Below are positions 27,306 to 37,136 of a DNA stretch of 44,386 nucleotides, piece after piece (position 1 is the first letter of the stretch; each line of letters starts with the position of its first letter). The stretch is from Desulfobacterales bacterium (lineage in GTDB: Bacteria > Desulfobacterota > Desulfobacteria > Desulfobacterales > UBA5616). Both the position numbers and the translations under genes were made by a program. Where the stretch lies: NCBI GenBank assembly GCA_046483495.1, contig JAWODC010000073.1:1-44386 (forward strand), in the 5' to 3' direction. Below the pieces are notes generated by a model. The model was not told where the DNA came from. It ran no database searches and worked only from the letters and a program-made list of their open reading frames with translations.

Positions 27306-27983
27306 ATGTATGAATTTCTAACCGGACCCATGGCATGGTTGGCGTTCGGCGTCTTTTTTGCGGGGATGATTCTCAGGGTCGTTCTTTATATCATGGGGCT
27401 GGACTGGCGCACGGACAGAGTGACCTACACCCGGAACATCCTGCACGGCATCAGGGGCGCGCTTCGGTCCGTAGTCTTATGGCTGGTACCCTTTGGAACG
27501 AGGTCATGGCGAAAAAATCCGGCGTTTACGGCTGTCGTGTTCGTATTCCACATACTACTGCTGATCACCCCGATGTTCCTTCAGGCCCATCAAATACTTC
27601 TTAATGACGCTTGGGGTTTCCGATTCTATGCGCTGCCCGAGGGCATCGCCGATCTGTTTACACTCGGGGTGATTCTAACGGCTTTCCTGTTGATCCTCCG
27701 CCGCATCAGCGCGCCCGAAGTGAGGAGGCTGACGAATATGTACGATATGTTGGTTATCGGGATCGCCGTTCTGCCCTTCATCACCGGATTCTTCGCCCGA
27801 CACCAGACGGGTTCCTATTCATTTTGGCTGTATACCCATATTATCAGCGGTGAAATAATGCTCATGGCCGTTCCGTTTACAAAACTTTCCCATTTCGTAT
27901 TGTTCTTTCTTTCACGTGCGCAGCTGGGCATGGATTACGGTATCAAACGAGGCGGCATGAAAGGGAAGGGAATGGCATGGTAG
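27306..27983 (+). CDS. hmcE: HmcE, NarI-like cytochrome b membrane subunit
   Basis: About 5 TM helices with His in FVFH, QAH, YTH and TKLSH; position in the hmc operon. Confidence 0.88.
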   Translation: MYEFLTGPMAWLAFGVFFAGMILRVVLYIMGLDWRTDRVTYTRNILHGIRGALRSVVLWLVPFGTRSWRKNPAFTAVVFVFHILLLITPMFLQAHQILLNDAWGFRFYALPEGIADLFTLGVILTAFLLILRRISAPEVRRLTNMYDMLVIGIAVLPFITGFFARHQTGSYSFWLYTHIISGEIMLMAVPFTKLSHFVLFFLSRAQLGMDYGIKRGGMKGKGMAW

Positions 27984-28021
27984 AGCGGTACGTGAATCGA
28001 AATAAAAAGATCAGGAAATAG

Positions 28022-29407
28022 ATGATGCCTCAGGGTAGACTCTGCAATAAAAAACCGGTCTCAACGGAAGAAGAACTCCGGGAGCTGCTGGCGGACAAGG
28101 GCGGAAAATCCTATTATGAAGAAATGGCGTCTCTTAACGTTGACGCGTCTGAAATCCAGGGTCTTCTGAAGAAGACTTTCAAGTCGAGAATGAAATGCTG
28201 GCTTGAAATCTGCACGCATTGCGGTCTTTGCGCCGACACCTGTTTCTTTTACCTGGCCAACGGTAAAGACGCTGGACAGGTGCCCTCCTATAAGATTCAA
28301 TCCACACTGGGCGAATTGGTCAAACGCAAGGGCCGGGTGGATAATGACTTTATGCGGATGGCTATGGACACGGCATGGTCGAAATGCACCTGCTGCAACC
28401 GTTGCGGCATGTATTGCCCTATGGGGATCGATATGGGCGTGATGTTCAGCTATTTGCGCGGGATCTGCTTTTCCCAGGGATTCGTTCCATGGGAACTGAA
28501 GATCGGCTCCGGGATGCACCGCATTTATCACGCTCAGATGGATATCACCACCGAAGACTGGGTTGATACCTGCCAATGGATGGCGGAAGAATATGAAGAG
28601 GACTGGCCCGGCCTCGAGATCCCCGTGGACAAAGAAGGTGCGGACATACTCTACACGGTTAACGCCAGGGAACCGAAGCACTATCCGGAAGACCTGGCAG
28701 AGGCCGCCATTCTGTTTCGTATCGCCGGCGAAAACTGGACCGTTCCCAGCCGGGGCTGGGAAGAAACGAGCCTTGCCATGTTCGCCGGGGACTGGGAAGG
28801 CTGCCGTATTCAGGTGGAATCCGTATATGACGCCATGCGGCGGTTGAAGGCAAAGCGGATGGTGGTGACCGAGTGCGGGCATGCCTACAGGGCAACGGTG
28901 ATCGAAGGGCCCTACTGGGCAGGGCTGACCTCAGGAAAGACACCCATTGAAACCCTTCACTATGTCGAGTGGGTCGCCGAGGCGCTGCGCAACGGAAAAT
29001 TGAAAATAGACCCAGCCAAAAAGATTAAAGAGCCGGTAACCTTTCAGGATTCCTGCAACTACATCCGAAACGGCGGTCTGGCCCATATCGGCAGAGAAAT
29101 TATGCAGTACATAGCGGAAGACTTCCGCGAAATGAAACCCTGCCGGGAGCATAATTTCTGCTGCGGCGGCGGCGGCGGATTGAATGGAATCGGGCGCTAC
29201 CGTGAGCAGCGGAATATCGGGCTGAAAATCAAACGGGACCAGATTCTGGCCACGGGGGCGAAACTGGTCATTACGCCGTGCCACAATTGCTGGGACGCCG
29301 TGCGGGACCTGGAAGACGTGTATGGAATCGGCATCCGGTGGTCTTTTTTAAAGCCGATTCTGTTAAGCATGGTGGAAGTGCCCGCTCACATGCTGCCGAA
29401 CGAATGA
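28022..29407 (+). CDS. hmcF: HmcF cytoplasmic Fe-S/CCG protein
   Basis: [45 protein letters not shown] and PCHNC. Confidence 0.9.
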   Translation: MMPQGRLCNKKPVSTEEELRELLADKGGKSYYEEMASLNVDASEIQGLLKKTFKSRMKCWLEICTHCGLCADTCFFYLANGKDAGQVPSYKIQSTLGELVKRKGRVDNDFMRMAMDTAWSKCTCCNRCGMYCPMGIDMGVMFSYLRGICFSQGFVPWELKIGSGMHRIYHAQMDITTEDWVDTCQWMAEEYEEDWPGLEIPVDKEGADILYTVNAREPKHYPEDLAEAAILFRIAGENWTVPSRGWEETSLAMFAGDWEGCRIQVESVYDAMRRLKAKRMVVTECGHAYRATVIEGPYWAGLTSGKTPIETLHYVEWVAEALRNGKLKIDPAKKIKEPVTFQDSCNYIRNGGLAHIGREIMQYIAEDFREMKPCREHNFCCGGGGGLNGIGRYREQRNIGLKIKRDQILATGAKLVITPCHNCWDAVRDLEDVYGIGIRWSFLKPILLSMVEVPAHMLPNE

Positions 29408-29467
29408 ACGGCGCCTGCCAAAAACCGGCTCTGAAACCAAAAAAAATGGCGCTGTCGGGATAAGCCG

Positions 29468-30016
29468 ATGAATGTCGTAACCCTTGAAACAAGCGGCTCA
29501 CTTTACTGCGGAAAGTCCGCCGTTGAGGATCCGCTGGCTTGCCTGGGGCACCGTGTCTTTTTAACACCCGGATACCTTCTTCGAAGTTTCTTCATGGTAT
29601 TCGAGCGGTATCCGGTGCTGAAGCGGCTCAATCCTCTCTTCCGGGGCCGGGGAACAGAGCCGGTTTGGCAGGATTCCGGCATCGAGGCGCATTCGGCCGC
29701 TTTAAGCTGTCTGGAATTGACAAAAACGGTGGAATTGGTCGGGTTTCCGGGGCCGCCGAAAATTGATTTATATGTGACTCTGCAGGGAATGCAGGAAACC
29801 ACACCGGTCGACATCAAAGGGTATGGTACGGCCGAACTCATTGATGTTCCGATTCGTTTGGGAAAAATAAAGCACATCGTGTTCGGGGATACGGTCGACC
29901 GTCTTGAATGTGACGCGGTGTTTTCCTTGTTTGAAATTTTGGATGGCATTTTATGGGAGCTCGGATTTTGTGCCGAATCCCGAACGTGCGACATAGAAAG
30001 GCCGACTGATGTTTAA
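29468..30016 (+). CDS. Hypothetical protein
   Basis: 182-aa ORF co-oriented between hmcF and a USP gene, overlapping the latter by 8 nt. Confidence 0.6.
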   Translation: MNVVTLETSGSLYCGKSAVEDPLACLGHRVFLTPGYLLRSFFMVFERYPVLKRLNPLFRGRGTEPVWQDSGIEAHSAALSCLELTKTVELVGFPGPPKIDLYVTLQGMQETTPVDIKGYGTAELIDVPIRLGKIKHIVFGDTVDRLECDAVFSLFEILDGILWELGFCAESRTCDIERPTDV

Positions 30017-30929
30017 AAAAATACTTTTTGCCACAACCGGGACGCCGGTCTGCGACAATGCCGCCCATGTGGCATTCGATATCGCCGGCAAGTACGCCTC
30101 GCACCTTGTCCTTTTTCATGTACTGGGGCTGCCCCCGCACGGTTTCAGCACACTGGTCAGGGACGTGCGCACCGGGGAGGAGGAATATTACGACACCGAT
30201 TACATCCAGTGGGTCCGTGAAGAATTGAAAAACACCTACAGCCGACAGCTCGAGGGGTACCCGAACGTGGACATCGTCTCGATTGCCGGCGTTCCCCACA
30301 CGGAGATACTGCGAATCGCCCGCAAAGAGAACGTCGACCTCATTATCATGGGGGCCCATTCCAGGCAGGAAGAGACCGGCGCCATGCGATACCGAAACGT
30401 AGTGGGCAGCAATATGCAGAAAGTCGCCAGGGGGGCACGGTGCCCCGTTCTGATCGTCAGCCGCCCCTGCACTACGTGCCTCTGGTACTTTTCCGATATT
30501 GTCTTTTGCACGGACTTCAGCAAAGCGGCCTACGCCGCATTCCTCTTCGCTCGAAAGCTGGCCGGGGAAATCGGCGCCAGACTCCATATTTTTCACGCCT
30601 TGGACGTCAGCCGAATTCATACGGGAAAAGTGCTGCCCCAGGAGGACATCGAAGCGGATATCGAATCGGCAAAAGAAAAGATCAGGCACACTTATCTGAC
30701 CCAAATGGGGGAATACGACAACGTCGATATCGATGTCTGGGAAGGGGTGGCTTATATTGAAATTTTGAAGTACACCCGGGAAAAAGGCGGAGACCTTATC
30801 GTCATGGCCCACCACACCCGTGATATGGATCCCGAATCGGCCCTGTTGGGCAGCACCGTGGAGCAAGTTGTTTTGCGGGCCTCATGTCCAGTGGCCAGCG
30901 TAAACCGCCCCGATAAAGTTGACGCATGA
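30009..30929 (+). CDS. Tandem-domain universal stress protein
   Basis: MFKKILFAT, DLIIMGAH...GSNMQKV...CPVLIV, then IVFCTDFS...DLIVMAHH...LGSTVEQVV. Confidence 0.9.
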   Translation: MFKKILFATTGTPVCDNAAHVAFDIAGKYASHLVLFHVLGLPPHGFSTLVRDVRTGEEEYYDTDYIQWVREELKNTYSRQLEGYPNVDIVSIAGVPHTEILRIARKENVDLIIMGAHSRQEETGAMRYRNVVGSNMQKVARGARCPVLIVSRPCTTCLWYFSDIVFCTDFSKAAYAAFLFARKLAGEIGARLHIFHALDVSRIHTGKVLPQEDIEADIESAKEKIRHTYLTQMGEYDNVDIDVWEGVAYIEILKYTREKGGDLIVMAHHTRDMDPESALLGSTVEQVVLRASCPVASVNRPDKVDA

Positions 30930-31336
30930 CGAGTGTCCTGTTTGTCGAAGACGAGCTCGATATGCGGCTGTACATATCGACCATTCTCAGGGCCCATGGC
31001 TATAATGCCGTTTCCGCCAGGGACGGAAAAGAAGGATTGGCACTGGCGGCGGCATACCGTCCTGACGTGATTTTACTCGACGTCATGATGCCTGAAAGCG
31101 GAGGGGTTTTTATGTACGGCCGATTGAAGGCGGATCCGGCCTTGAACGCCATCCCGGTGTGCATCATTACAGGAGTAGCCGAACCGTCCTTCCGGCACTT
31201 CTTGAAAATGACCCATGTGAATCCGAATGAGGCATTGCCGGAACCCGATGCCTACCTGGAAAAGCCGTTCGAGCCTGTGGATTTGGTGGATATTCTCAGG
31301 CGGCTGGCGCCAGGGAGAGTTAACGGTGAACGGTGA
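30926..31336 (+). CDS. Single-domain response regulator
   Basis: VLFVEDE, LLDVMMP, ITG and EKP; no output domain. Confidence 0.88.
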   Translation: MTSVLFVEDELDMRLYISTILRAHGYNAVSARDGKEGLALAAAYRPDVILLDVMMPESGGVFMYGRLKADPALNAIPVCIITGVAEPSFRHFLKMTHVNPNEALPEPDAYLEKPFEPVDLVDILRRLAPGRVNGER

Positions 31337-31510
31337 ACAGTCAGTGGATTGGGTCTGTTTATAAATGAGTGGTTACGTGGGAAGGTTGTTAAATGGTTAG
31401 GTGATTAGGTGTCCGGGTGGGGGCGCGCGCAGGATGAGTGGAGCGGATCAGCACCTTCTTATTTTTATTTTAAGGCACGGAATAAAACTAAATCGGATAG
31501 GCCCCTCCAC

Positions 31511-31575
31511 ACCTATTACCTATAACATATAACATAACCTATAGCCTATAACCCATAACCCATAACCCATAACCC
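31511..31575 (+). repeat. Degenerate heptamer tandem repeat (ACCYATA)n
   Basis: ACCTATT ACCTATA ACATATA ACATA ACCTATA GCCTATA ACCCATA ACCCATA ACCCATA, ending just before the next ATG. Confidence 0.85.
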
Positions 31576-31583
31576 CTCTTTCC

Positions 31584-33050
31584 ATGAGCGAAACCATCCT
31601 AATCGTCGACGACGAACCCGGTATTCGAAAAATGCTCGGCATCGCCCTTGCCGATAAAGGCTATAGGGTAATGACGGCCCGGGGAGGCGCGGAGGCGCTC
31701 GAGATGCTAAAACACGAAGCGCCTTCGATTGTGCTGACCGATATCCGCATGCCCGGCATGAACGGCATCGAGCTGCTGAAACGGATCAAAGCGGCGCACC
31801 CGGATACGGAAGTGGTGATGATCACCGGACATGGGGATATGGAGCTCGCCATCGAGAGCCTGAAGGCCGATGCGGCGGATTTCATCACCAAGCCGGTAGA
31901 CGACAGAATTCTGGCATATGCATTGAGCCGGGTCTGTGAAAAGCAGCGGCTGCGCCAAGCCCTTAAGGCGTACACGGCAAATCTCGAAGACCGGGCGGTG
32001 CGCATCCATCAGCGATACCGGCTGCTTTTCAATGAATCCCCATGCTACATTTCCGTTCAGAATCGTCATCTGACGGTGGTGGACGCAAACCGGCACTTCA
32101 AGCAGGAATTTAACTGGCAAACGGGCGGCAAGTGCTACCGGATTTACAAGGGCCGGAACGGCCCCTGTGAGGAATGCCCGGTGCTGAAAACCTTCGAAGA
32201 CGGCAGTTCCCACTCGTCGGAAATGATAGTGACGTCAAACGCCGGGGACGAGATTCATTTGTTGATTCGCACCGCCCCTATCACCGGTCGGGGCGGTGGT
32301 GTCGACCAGGTGATCGAGATGTCCACGGATATCACTCAGATTCGTCGGCTCCAGGACCGGCTTGCATCACTGGGCCTCTTGATCGGCTCCGTCTCCCACG
32401 GCATCAAGGGCCTGGTCACCGGGCTGGACGGCGGCCTTTACCTGCTTCGGCGGGGTATCGACAAGAACCTGGCCGCCGACATCGATGAGGGTATGGAAAC
32501 CGTCGCCATGATGGGTGACAGGATGAAAAAGCTTGCCCTTGACATCCTGTTTTATGCCAGGGAAAGAAAGTTGAACCTCGACCTTGTGGATGTATTCGCG
32601 CTTGCCCGGGATGCGGAGGAGGTGGTCCGAAAAAAAATCAAGACGGGCGGCGGCGTTTCCTTTAAATGCCGGTTGGACCCGATGATCGGGACCTGTATGA
32701 TGGATGCCGGCATTGTCCTCACGGCCTTGATCAACCTGCTGGAGAATGCCTTCGAGGCCGTGCGGCGGGACGGCTCGAAACAGGCCCACGAGATCCTCTT
32801 TGAAATGTATGGAAAAGGGGAATGGGTAATATTCGCCATAAAAGACGACGGGATCGGCATGGACAAGGACATGCTGAACCGCCTGTTCACCCTTACCCTC
32901 GCTTCCGGTGAAGTGTCGGGGGCAGGTCTGGGCCTTTTCGTTGCCAATGAAATCATTCGCGACCATGGCGGCCGCATCGAGGTCGCCTCCGAACCGGAAA
33001 GGGGATCGCAATTTACCGTTTACCTGCCATTGAAGGAGGTTGTCGTATGA
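31584..33050 (+). CDS. Hybrid histidine kinase (REC-PAS-HK)
   Basis: N-terminal receiver (VDDE, TDIRMP, TKP), PAS-like middle, SHGIKG H-box, NLLENA, DDGIG and GAGLGL. Confidence 0.9.
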   Translation: MSETILIVDDEPGIRKMLGIALADKGYRVMTARGGAEALEMLKHEAPSIVLTDIRMPGMNGIELLKRIKAAHPDTEVVMITGHGDMELAIESLKADAADFITKPVDDRILAYALSRVCEKQRLRQALKAYTANLEDRAVRIHQRYRLLFNESPCYISVQNRHLTVVDANRHFKQEFNWQTGGKCYRIYKGRNGPCEECPVLKTFEDGSSHSSEMIVTSNAGDEIHLLIRTAPITGRGGGVDQVIEMSTDITQIRRLQDRLASLGLLIGSVSHGIKGLVTGLDGGLYLLRRGIDKNLAADIDEGMETVAMMGDRMKKLALDILFYARERKLNLDLVDVFALARDAEEVVRKKIKTGGGVSFKCRLDPMIGTCMMDAGIVLTALINLLENAFEAVRRDGSKQAHEILFEMYGKGEWVIFAIKDDGIGMDKDMLNRLFTLTLASGEVSGAGLGLFVANEIIRDHGGRIEVASEPERGSQFTVYLPLKEVVV

Positions 33051-34510
33051 ACCTTCTGAAGGATGATGTGCAGCAGCTGTTCGAAACCGTTCCCTGCACG
33101 ATATCCGTTCAGGACCGGGATTATCGGCTGGTTCGATACAACCGGGCATTTGCGGTGAAATTCAACCCGGAGCCGGGGGATTTCTGCTACCGCGCCTACA
33201 AAGGCAGGACATCGAAGTGCGAAAACTGCCCGGTTGAAAAGACATTTGCCGACGGAGGTGTTCATTACAGCGAAGAGCAGGGCTTGGACAAGGACGGCTC
33301 CCTGGTGTACTGGATCGTGAAGACATCCCCCATTTACAATGACGGCGGGGATATTATCGCGGCCATGGAAATGTGCATCGACATCACCGAGAGCAAGCTT
33401 CTCGAAGACAAGCTGAAAAAAACAGAGAAGAAATACCACGCAATCTTCAACACCATTCCAAACCCCGTGTTCGTCCTGGACCGGAAGTCTTTAGAGATTC
33501 TGGACTGTAACGCCAGTGCCCCCGTGGTTTACGGGTGTAACAGGACCGCCATGTTGAACCGGTCTTTTATGGATTTTTTCGTGGATTCGGAAAAGGCACC
33601 CTACCGCAGTCGACTGCAGCACGATTCGGCAATAAACCGGGTGCGTCATATCGGCGGCGATAACAGGACCGTTTACGTCGACATCCGGGTGTCGGCCCTC
33701 GACTATCCCGGCCGGAATGTATTGCTTGTCACGGCCAACGACATTACCCATCGCCTGGAAGTAGAGCAGCAGCTCATACAGGCGGGGAAGATGGCCACCA
33801 TCGGGCAGATGGCAACGGGCGTAGCCCATGAATTGAACCAGCCGCTGTCGGTGATTAAAACCGCCGGCACGTTTCTGATGAGCAAAATCGAAAAAGGTCA
33901 ACCGATTGACCCTGATATTCTCCACGAAGTCGTCTACGAAATGGATCAAAATGTCGACCGGGCGGTAAAAATCATCAACCACATACGACAGTTCGGAAGA
34001 AAATCGGATCTGGTTTTCGGCCCGGTCGATGTCAATCGCATTTTATCCCGTTCGGTGGACATCTTTTCCGAACAGCTCAGCGCCCGGGGCATTCACCTGC
34101 AATGGGAAATCGAAGAACATCTTCCCGAAATTCTAGCAGATCCGGACCGACTGGAGCAGGTGTTCATCAATCTTCTGGTCAACGCCAGGGACGCGCTCGA
34201 GGAAAAGTTCGGCCGGCGCCCTGATGCGGACACCCGGCAGGAGATCATCTTGCGGTCTTGCCGATCGGCGGATGCCGTCATCATCGAGGTCTGCGACAAC
34301 GGTATCGGCATTCCCGAATGGGCCGCCGAAAAAATTTTCGAACCGTTTTTCACGACCAAGGAGGCCGGAAAAGGCACGGGATTGGGCCTGTCCATCAGCG
34401 ACCGCATCGTCAAAGAATGCGGCGGAAAAATATTCGTCAGCTCCGAGCCGAGCAGGGGCACCGTCGTTCGGATTGCCTTTTCGATAAACGAGGAAGCAAA
34501 TGGCCGATGA
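33047..34510 (+). CDS. PAS-PAS sensor histidine kinase
   Basis: Two PAS-like regions, VAHELNQPL, NLLVNA, DNGIG and FFTTKEAGKGTGLGL. Confidence 0.92.
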   Translation: MNLLKDDVQQLFETVPCTISVQDRDYRLVRYNRAFAVKFNPEPGDFCYRAYKGRTSKCENCPVEKTFADGGVHYSEEQGLDKDGSLVYWIVKTSPIYNDGGDIIAAMEMCIDITESKLLEDKLKKTEKKYHAIFNTIPNPVFVLDRKSLEILDCNASAPVVYGCNRTAMLNRSFMDFFVDSEKAPYRSRLQHDSAINRVRHIGGDNRTVYVDIRVSALDYPGRNVLLVTANDITHRLEVEQQLIQAGKMATIGQMATGVAHELNQPLSVIKTAGTFLMSKIEKGQPIDPDILHEVVYEMDQNVDRAVKIINHIRQFGRKSDLVFGPVDVNRILSRSVDIFSEQLSARGIHLQWEIEEHLPEILADPDRLEQVFINLLVNARDALEEKFGRRPDADTRQEIILRSCRSADAVIIEVCDNGIGIPEWAAEKIFEPFFTTKEAGKGTGLGLSISDRIVKECGGKIFVSSEPSRGTVVRIAFSINEEANGR

Positions 34511-35630
34511 TATTTTGCTCGTGGACGATGAACCGGGCATTCGCAAGATTATCCGCATATCCCTGGAGGATTTGGGGTATTCGGTGCTTGAGGCGGAACA
34601 TGGAAAAGCCGCGCTGAACCTTTTTTTGGAGCGGCGCCCGGCCATTGTGTTGACGGACATCAAGATGCCGGAAATGGACGGCATAACGCTGCTCGACAGG
34701 ATCAAGCGAGTGGACCCCGAGACCGAGGTCATTCTCTTCACCGGCCACGGTGATATGGATGATGCCATTCAAAGCCTGAAGTTCGATGCCACTGATTTCA
34801 TCACCAAACCCATCGATGTAAAGGTGCTGCAGATCGCCTTGAAACGGGCCAAGGAGAGAATCGTACTGCGCAACCGCCTTCGGGAATACACGGAAACGCT
34901 GGAAAAATTGGTGGCGGAAAAAACCGGGAAGCTGATCGAGGCAGAGCGGCTGGCCGCCGCAGGAGAAGTCGTGGCGGGCCTGTCCCATACCATCAAGCAT
35001 ATCGCAACCGGCCTCAAAGGCAGCATCTATGTGTCTGAAGATGCGCTGGCCCGGGACGACATAGACCAGGTGCGACAGGGCCTGGACATGATCAAGGAAA
35101 ACGTGGACAAAATCGCCGGCCTTTCCATGGACATGCTGAATTACCGAAGATATGCCGGCATTCACCGCCGAATGGCGGACCCCAATGAAGCGGCAATGGC
35201 GGTGTTGAATCTAGTAAGTCCCAGAGCTGCCTCCCGCGGCATTGCATTGAGAACATCGCTTGCGCAGCACCTCTCCCCCGTTTCAATGGACCCGGACAGC
35301 ATTCACTGCTGCTTGCTGAACCTGTTGACCAATGCCATGGACGCCTGTGAATGCAGGAAACCGGAAGGGGAAAAAACGATTGAGTTTCAAACCCTGCCGT
35401 ATGGCCAGCGCGGCGTTGAATACCGCGTGGCGGATAACGGCTGCGGCATGAGCCGCAGCATTCGGCAGCGGGTGTTTGCGGAATTTTTTACAACCAAGGG
35501 ATCGCGGGGAACCGGTCTGGGGTTGAAAACGGCAAAACATATTGTCGACCTGCATGGGGGAGAGATCGGTTGCCATACCGACGAGGGCAAAGGGTCCGTT
35601 TTCTTTATCCGGTTGGACGTACACGGCTGA
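34500..35630 (+). CDS. Hybrid histidine kinase (REC-HK)
   Basis: Receiver VDDE/TDIKMP/TKP, LSHTIK H-box, NLLTNA, DNGCG and FFTTKGSRGTGLGL. Confidence 0.9.
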   Translation: MADDILLVDDEPGIRKIIRISLEDLGYSVLEAEHGKAALNLFLERRPAIVLTDIKMPEMDGITLLDRIKRVDPETEVILFTGHGDMDDAIQSLKFDATDFITKPIDVKVLQIALKRAKERIVLRNRLREYTETLEKLVAEKTGKLIEAERLAAAGEVVAGLSHTIKHIATGLKGSIYVSEDALARDDIDQVRQGLDMIKENVDKIAGLSMDMLNYRRYAGIHRRMADPNEAAMAVLNLVSPRAASRGIALRTSLAQHLSPVSMDPDSIHCCLLNLLTNAMDACECRKPEGEKTIEFQTLPYGQRGVEYRVADNGCGMSRSIRQRVFAEFFTTKGSRGTGLGLKTAKHIVDLHGGEIGCHTDEGKGSVFFIRLDVHG

Positions 35631-35642
35631 GGATCGATCGAA

Positions 35643-35993
35643 CTACCCGATGGTGCTTTTGACGATGCCGAGAAGCTTCTCCGGGTCGAAGGGTTTGCGG
35701 ACAAACGCCCTTGCGTTCCGAATGGCGTGATCGCCGTCAATCCCGCTGATGACAATGACCGGAATATCTCTTAGCGCCGGGTCTTTGCGCAGTTTCCGGT
35801 ACAGCCTTGGGCCCCACTCCCCGGGCATTTGAAGATCCAGGCATATCAAGTCGGGCATATCCTCGAGAATCCGGGCGAAAGCTTCTTTTGAACAGGCGGC
35901 ACCCTTGGTAGTATACCCGTTATCCTCAAAAAGTGCGATGAGGTATCGCACCACGGTCGGATCATCATCTACAATGAGAATTTTCTTGGACAT
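35643..35993 (-). CDS. Single-domain response regulator (DivK-like, resembles the DVU0259 family)
   Basis: ILIVDDD, CLDLQMPGEWGPRLYRKL and RKP; 116 aa. Confidence 0.85.
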   Translation of the reverse strand: MSKKILIVDDDPTVVRYLIALFEDNGYTTKGAACSKEAFARILEDMPDLICLDLQMPGEWGPRLYRKLRKDPALRDIPVIVISGIDGDHAIRNARAFVRKPFDPEKLLGIVKSTIG

Positions 35994-36365
35994 GGCTGTT
36001 CAGGATTGAGACAGGTAAAGTGTAATCAAAGAAGCACGCGTCATGAATCATTTCTATCTGCGTGGAAATTCCGGTGCCTTCCATTTGTTGGTTTCAATTA
36101 CATTAATTATAATTAAATTTCCGGTTTTTCAAGCCTAAATCACCCGGAATTGTAAGGAGCGCCTGATTAATTCGCCCCCGATCATCCCGGCAGGTGAACC
36201 GATGGCGACCTTGACTCCGGAATGCGGGATCATCATTGGGCTTTTCAAACAACCCAACCTGGAACGCGTAAGCGTTATCGTAATTACCTATATTTCGGAA
36301 TCGCTAAAATATGCGGCGGAATGGTGCAGACTGAGTCGGCAGGATTCAGCAGGTTGGATTATCGA

Positions 36366-37115
36366 TTAATCGGCAACGAACTGAAGTGCCGCCCCTAAAG
36401 CTCCAACCATCTGGGGATCGGCGGGTACATGTATCCGCCGCCCCAATCCTTTTGTAAGAAGTTGATTGATACACGGATTTTTGGCGACCCCACCGGTAAA
36501 AACGATATCGCCGGATGAAGAAATGCGGTTGATCATTCCCGTAATCCGGCTGATGGCGGAAGCATGAAGACCAAAAGCAATATTTCGGCGATTTTGCCCT
36601 CTGGCAATCAATGAGGTGACTTCGGATTCGGCAAATACCGCGCACATACTGGATATGTGAAGCTCTTCATCCGCCAAAAGGGCCTCTTTTCCAAAATCAT
36701 CGATAGTAAACCCAAGCGTTTTAGCCATAATTTCAAGAAATTTTCCTGTTCCGGCAGCACAGCGATCATTCATTTCGAATTTCTTTACCCTTCCCCTTTC
36801 AAACATGGAAATGGCCTTGCTGTCCTGTCCGCCTATATCTAAAATGGTGTGGTGAGTGGGGAATAAAGCCCGCGCACCCCTTGCATGAGCTTTAATTTCG
36901 GTAATTGTCGGTGCGTTAAACGTTTCTTTGAATAGAAGCCTGCCGTAGCCGGTAGCAACGATGCTGTCACAGATTAGTCCGTCCATCAGCTTAGATGCCT
37001 CCGTTATAGGATCATAACCGGTGTCCGTTCGAAGATTGAAAAGAACATTGCCGGCACCGTCCACAACAACCAGCTTTATCGTTCGTGATCCGATATCAAT
37101 TCCTGCGAAACGCAT
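36366..37115 (-). CDS. ATP-dependent [4Fe-4S] activator/reductase (HgdC/BcrAD-type ASKHA ATPase; DCCP-R-like)
   Basis: GIDIGSRTIK, ATGYGR, TEIKAH, LDIGGQDSK, MNDRCAAGTGKFLE, SSMCAVFAESEV and TGGVAKN. Confidence 0.92.
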   Translation of the reverse strand: MRFAGIDIGSRTIKLVVVDGAGNVLFNLRTDTGYDPITEASKLMDGLICDSIVATGYGRLLFKETFNAPTITEIKAHARGARALFPTHHTILDIGGQDSKAISMFERGRVKKFEMNDRCAAGTGKFLEIMAKTLGFTIDDFGKEALLADEELHISSMCAVFAESEVTSLIARGQNRRNIAFGLHASAISRITGMINRISSSGDIVFTGGVAKNPCINQLLTKGLGRRIHVPADPQMVGALGAALQFVAD

Positions 37116-37136
37116 TTTTTATTCCAATCAAGCCGC

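Noticed and set aside
31511..31575. CRISPR array
   Set aside because: These are 7-nt tandem units without spacers, and no cas genes are present.
36103..36116. Perfect palindrome TTAATTATAATTAA upstream of the DivK-like regulator
   Set aside because: All-AT palindromes arise easily by chance, and there is no second copy or known motif to support it.
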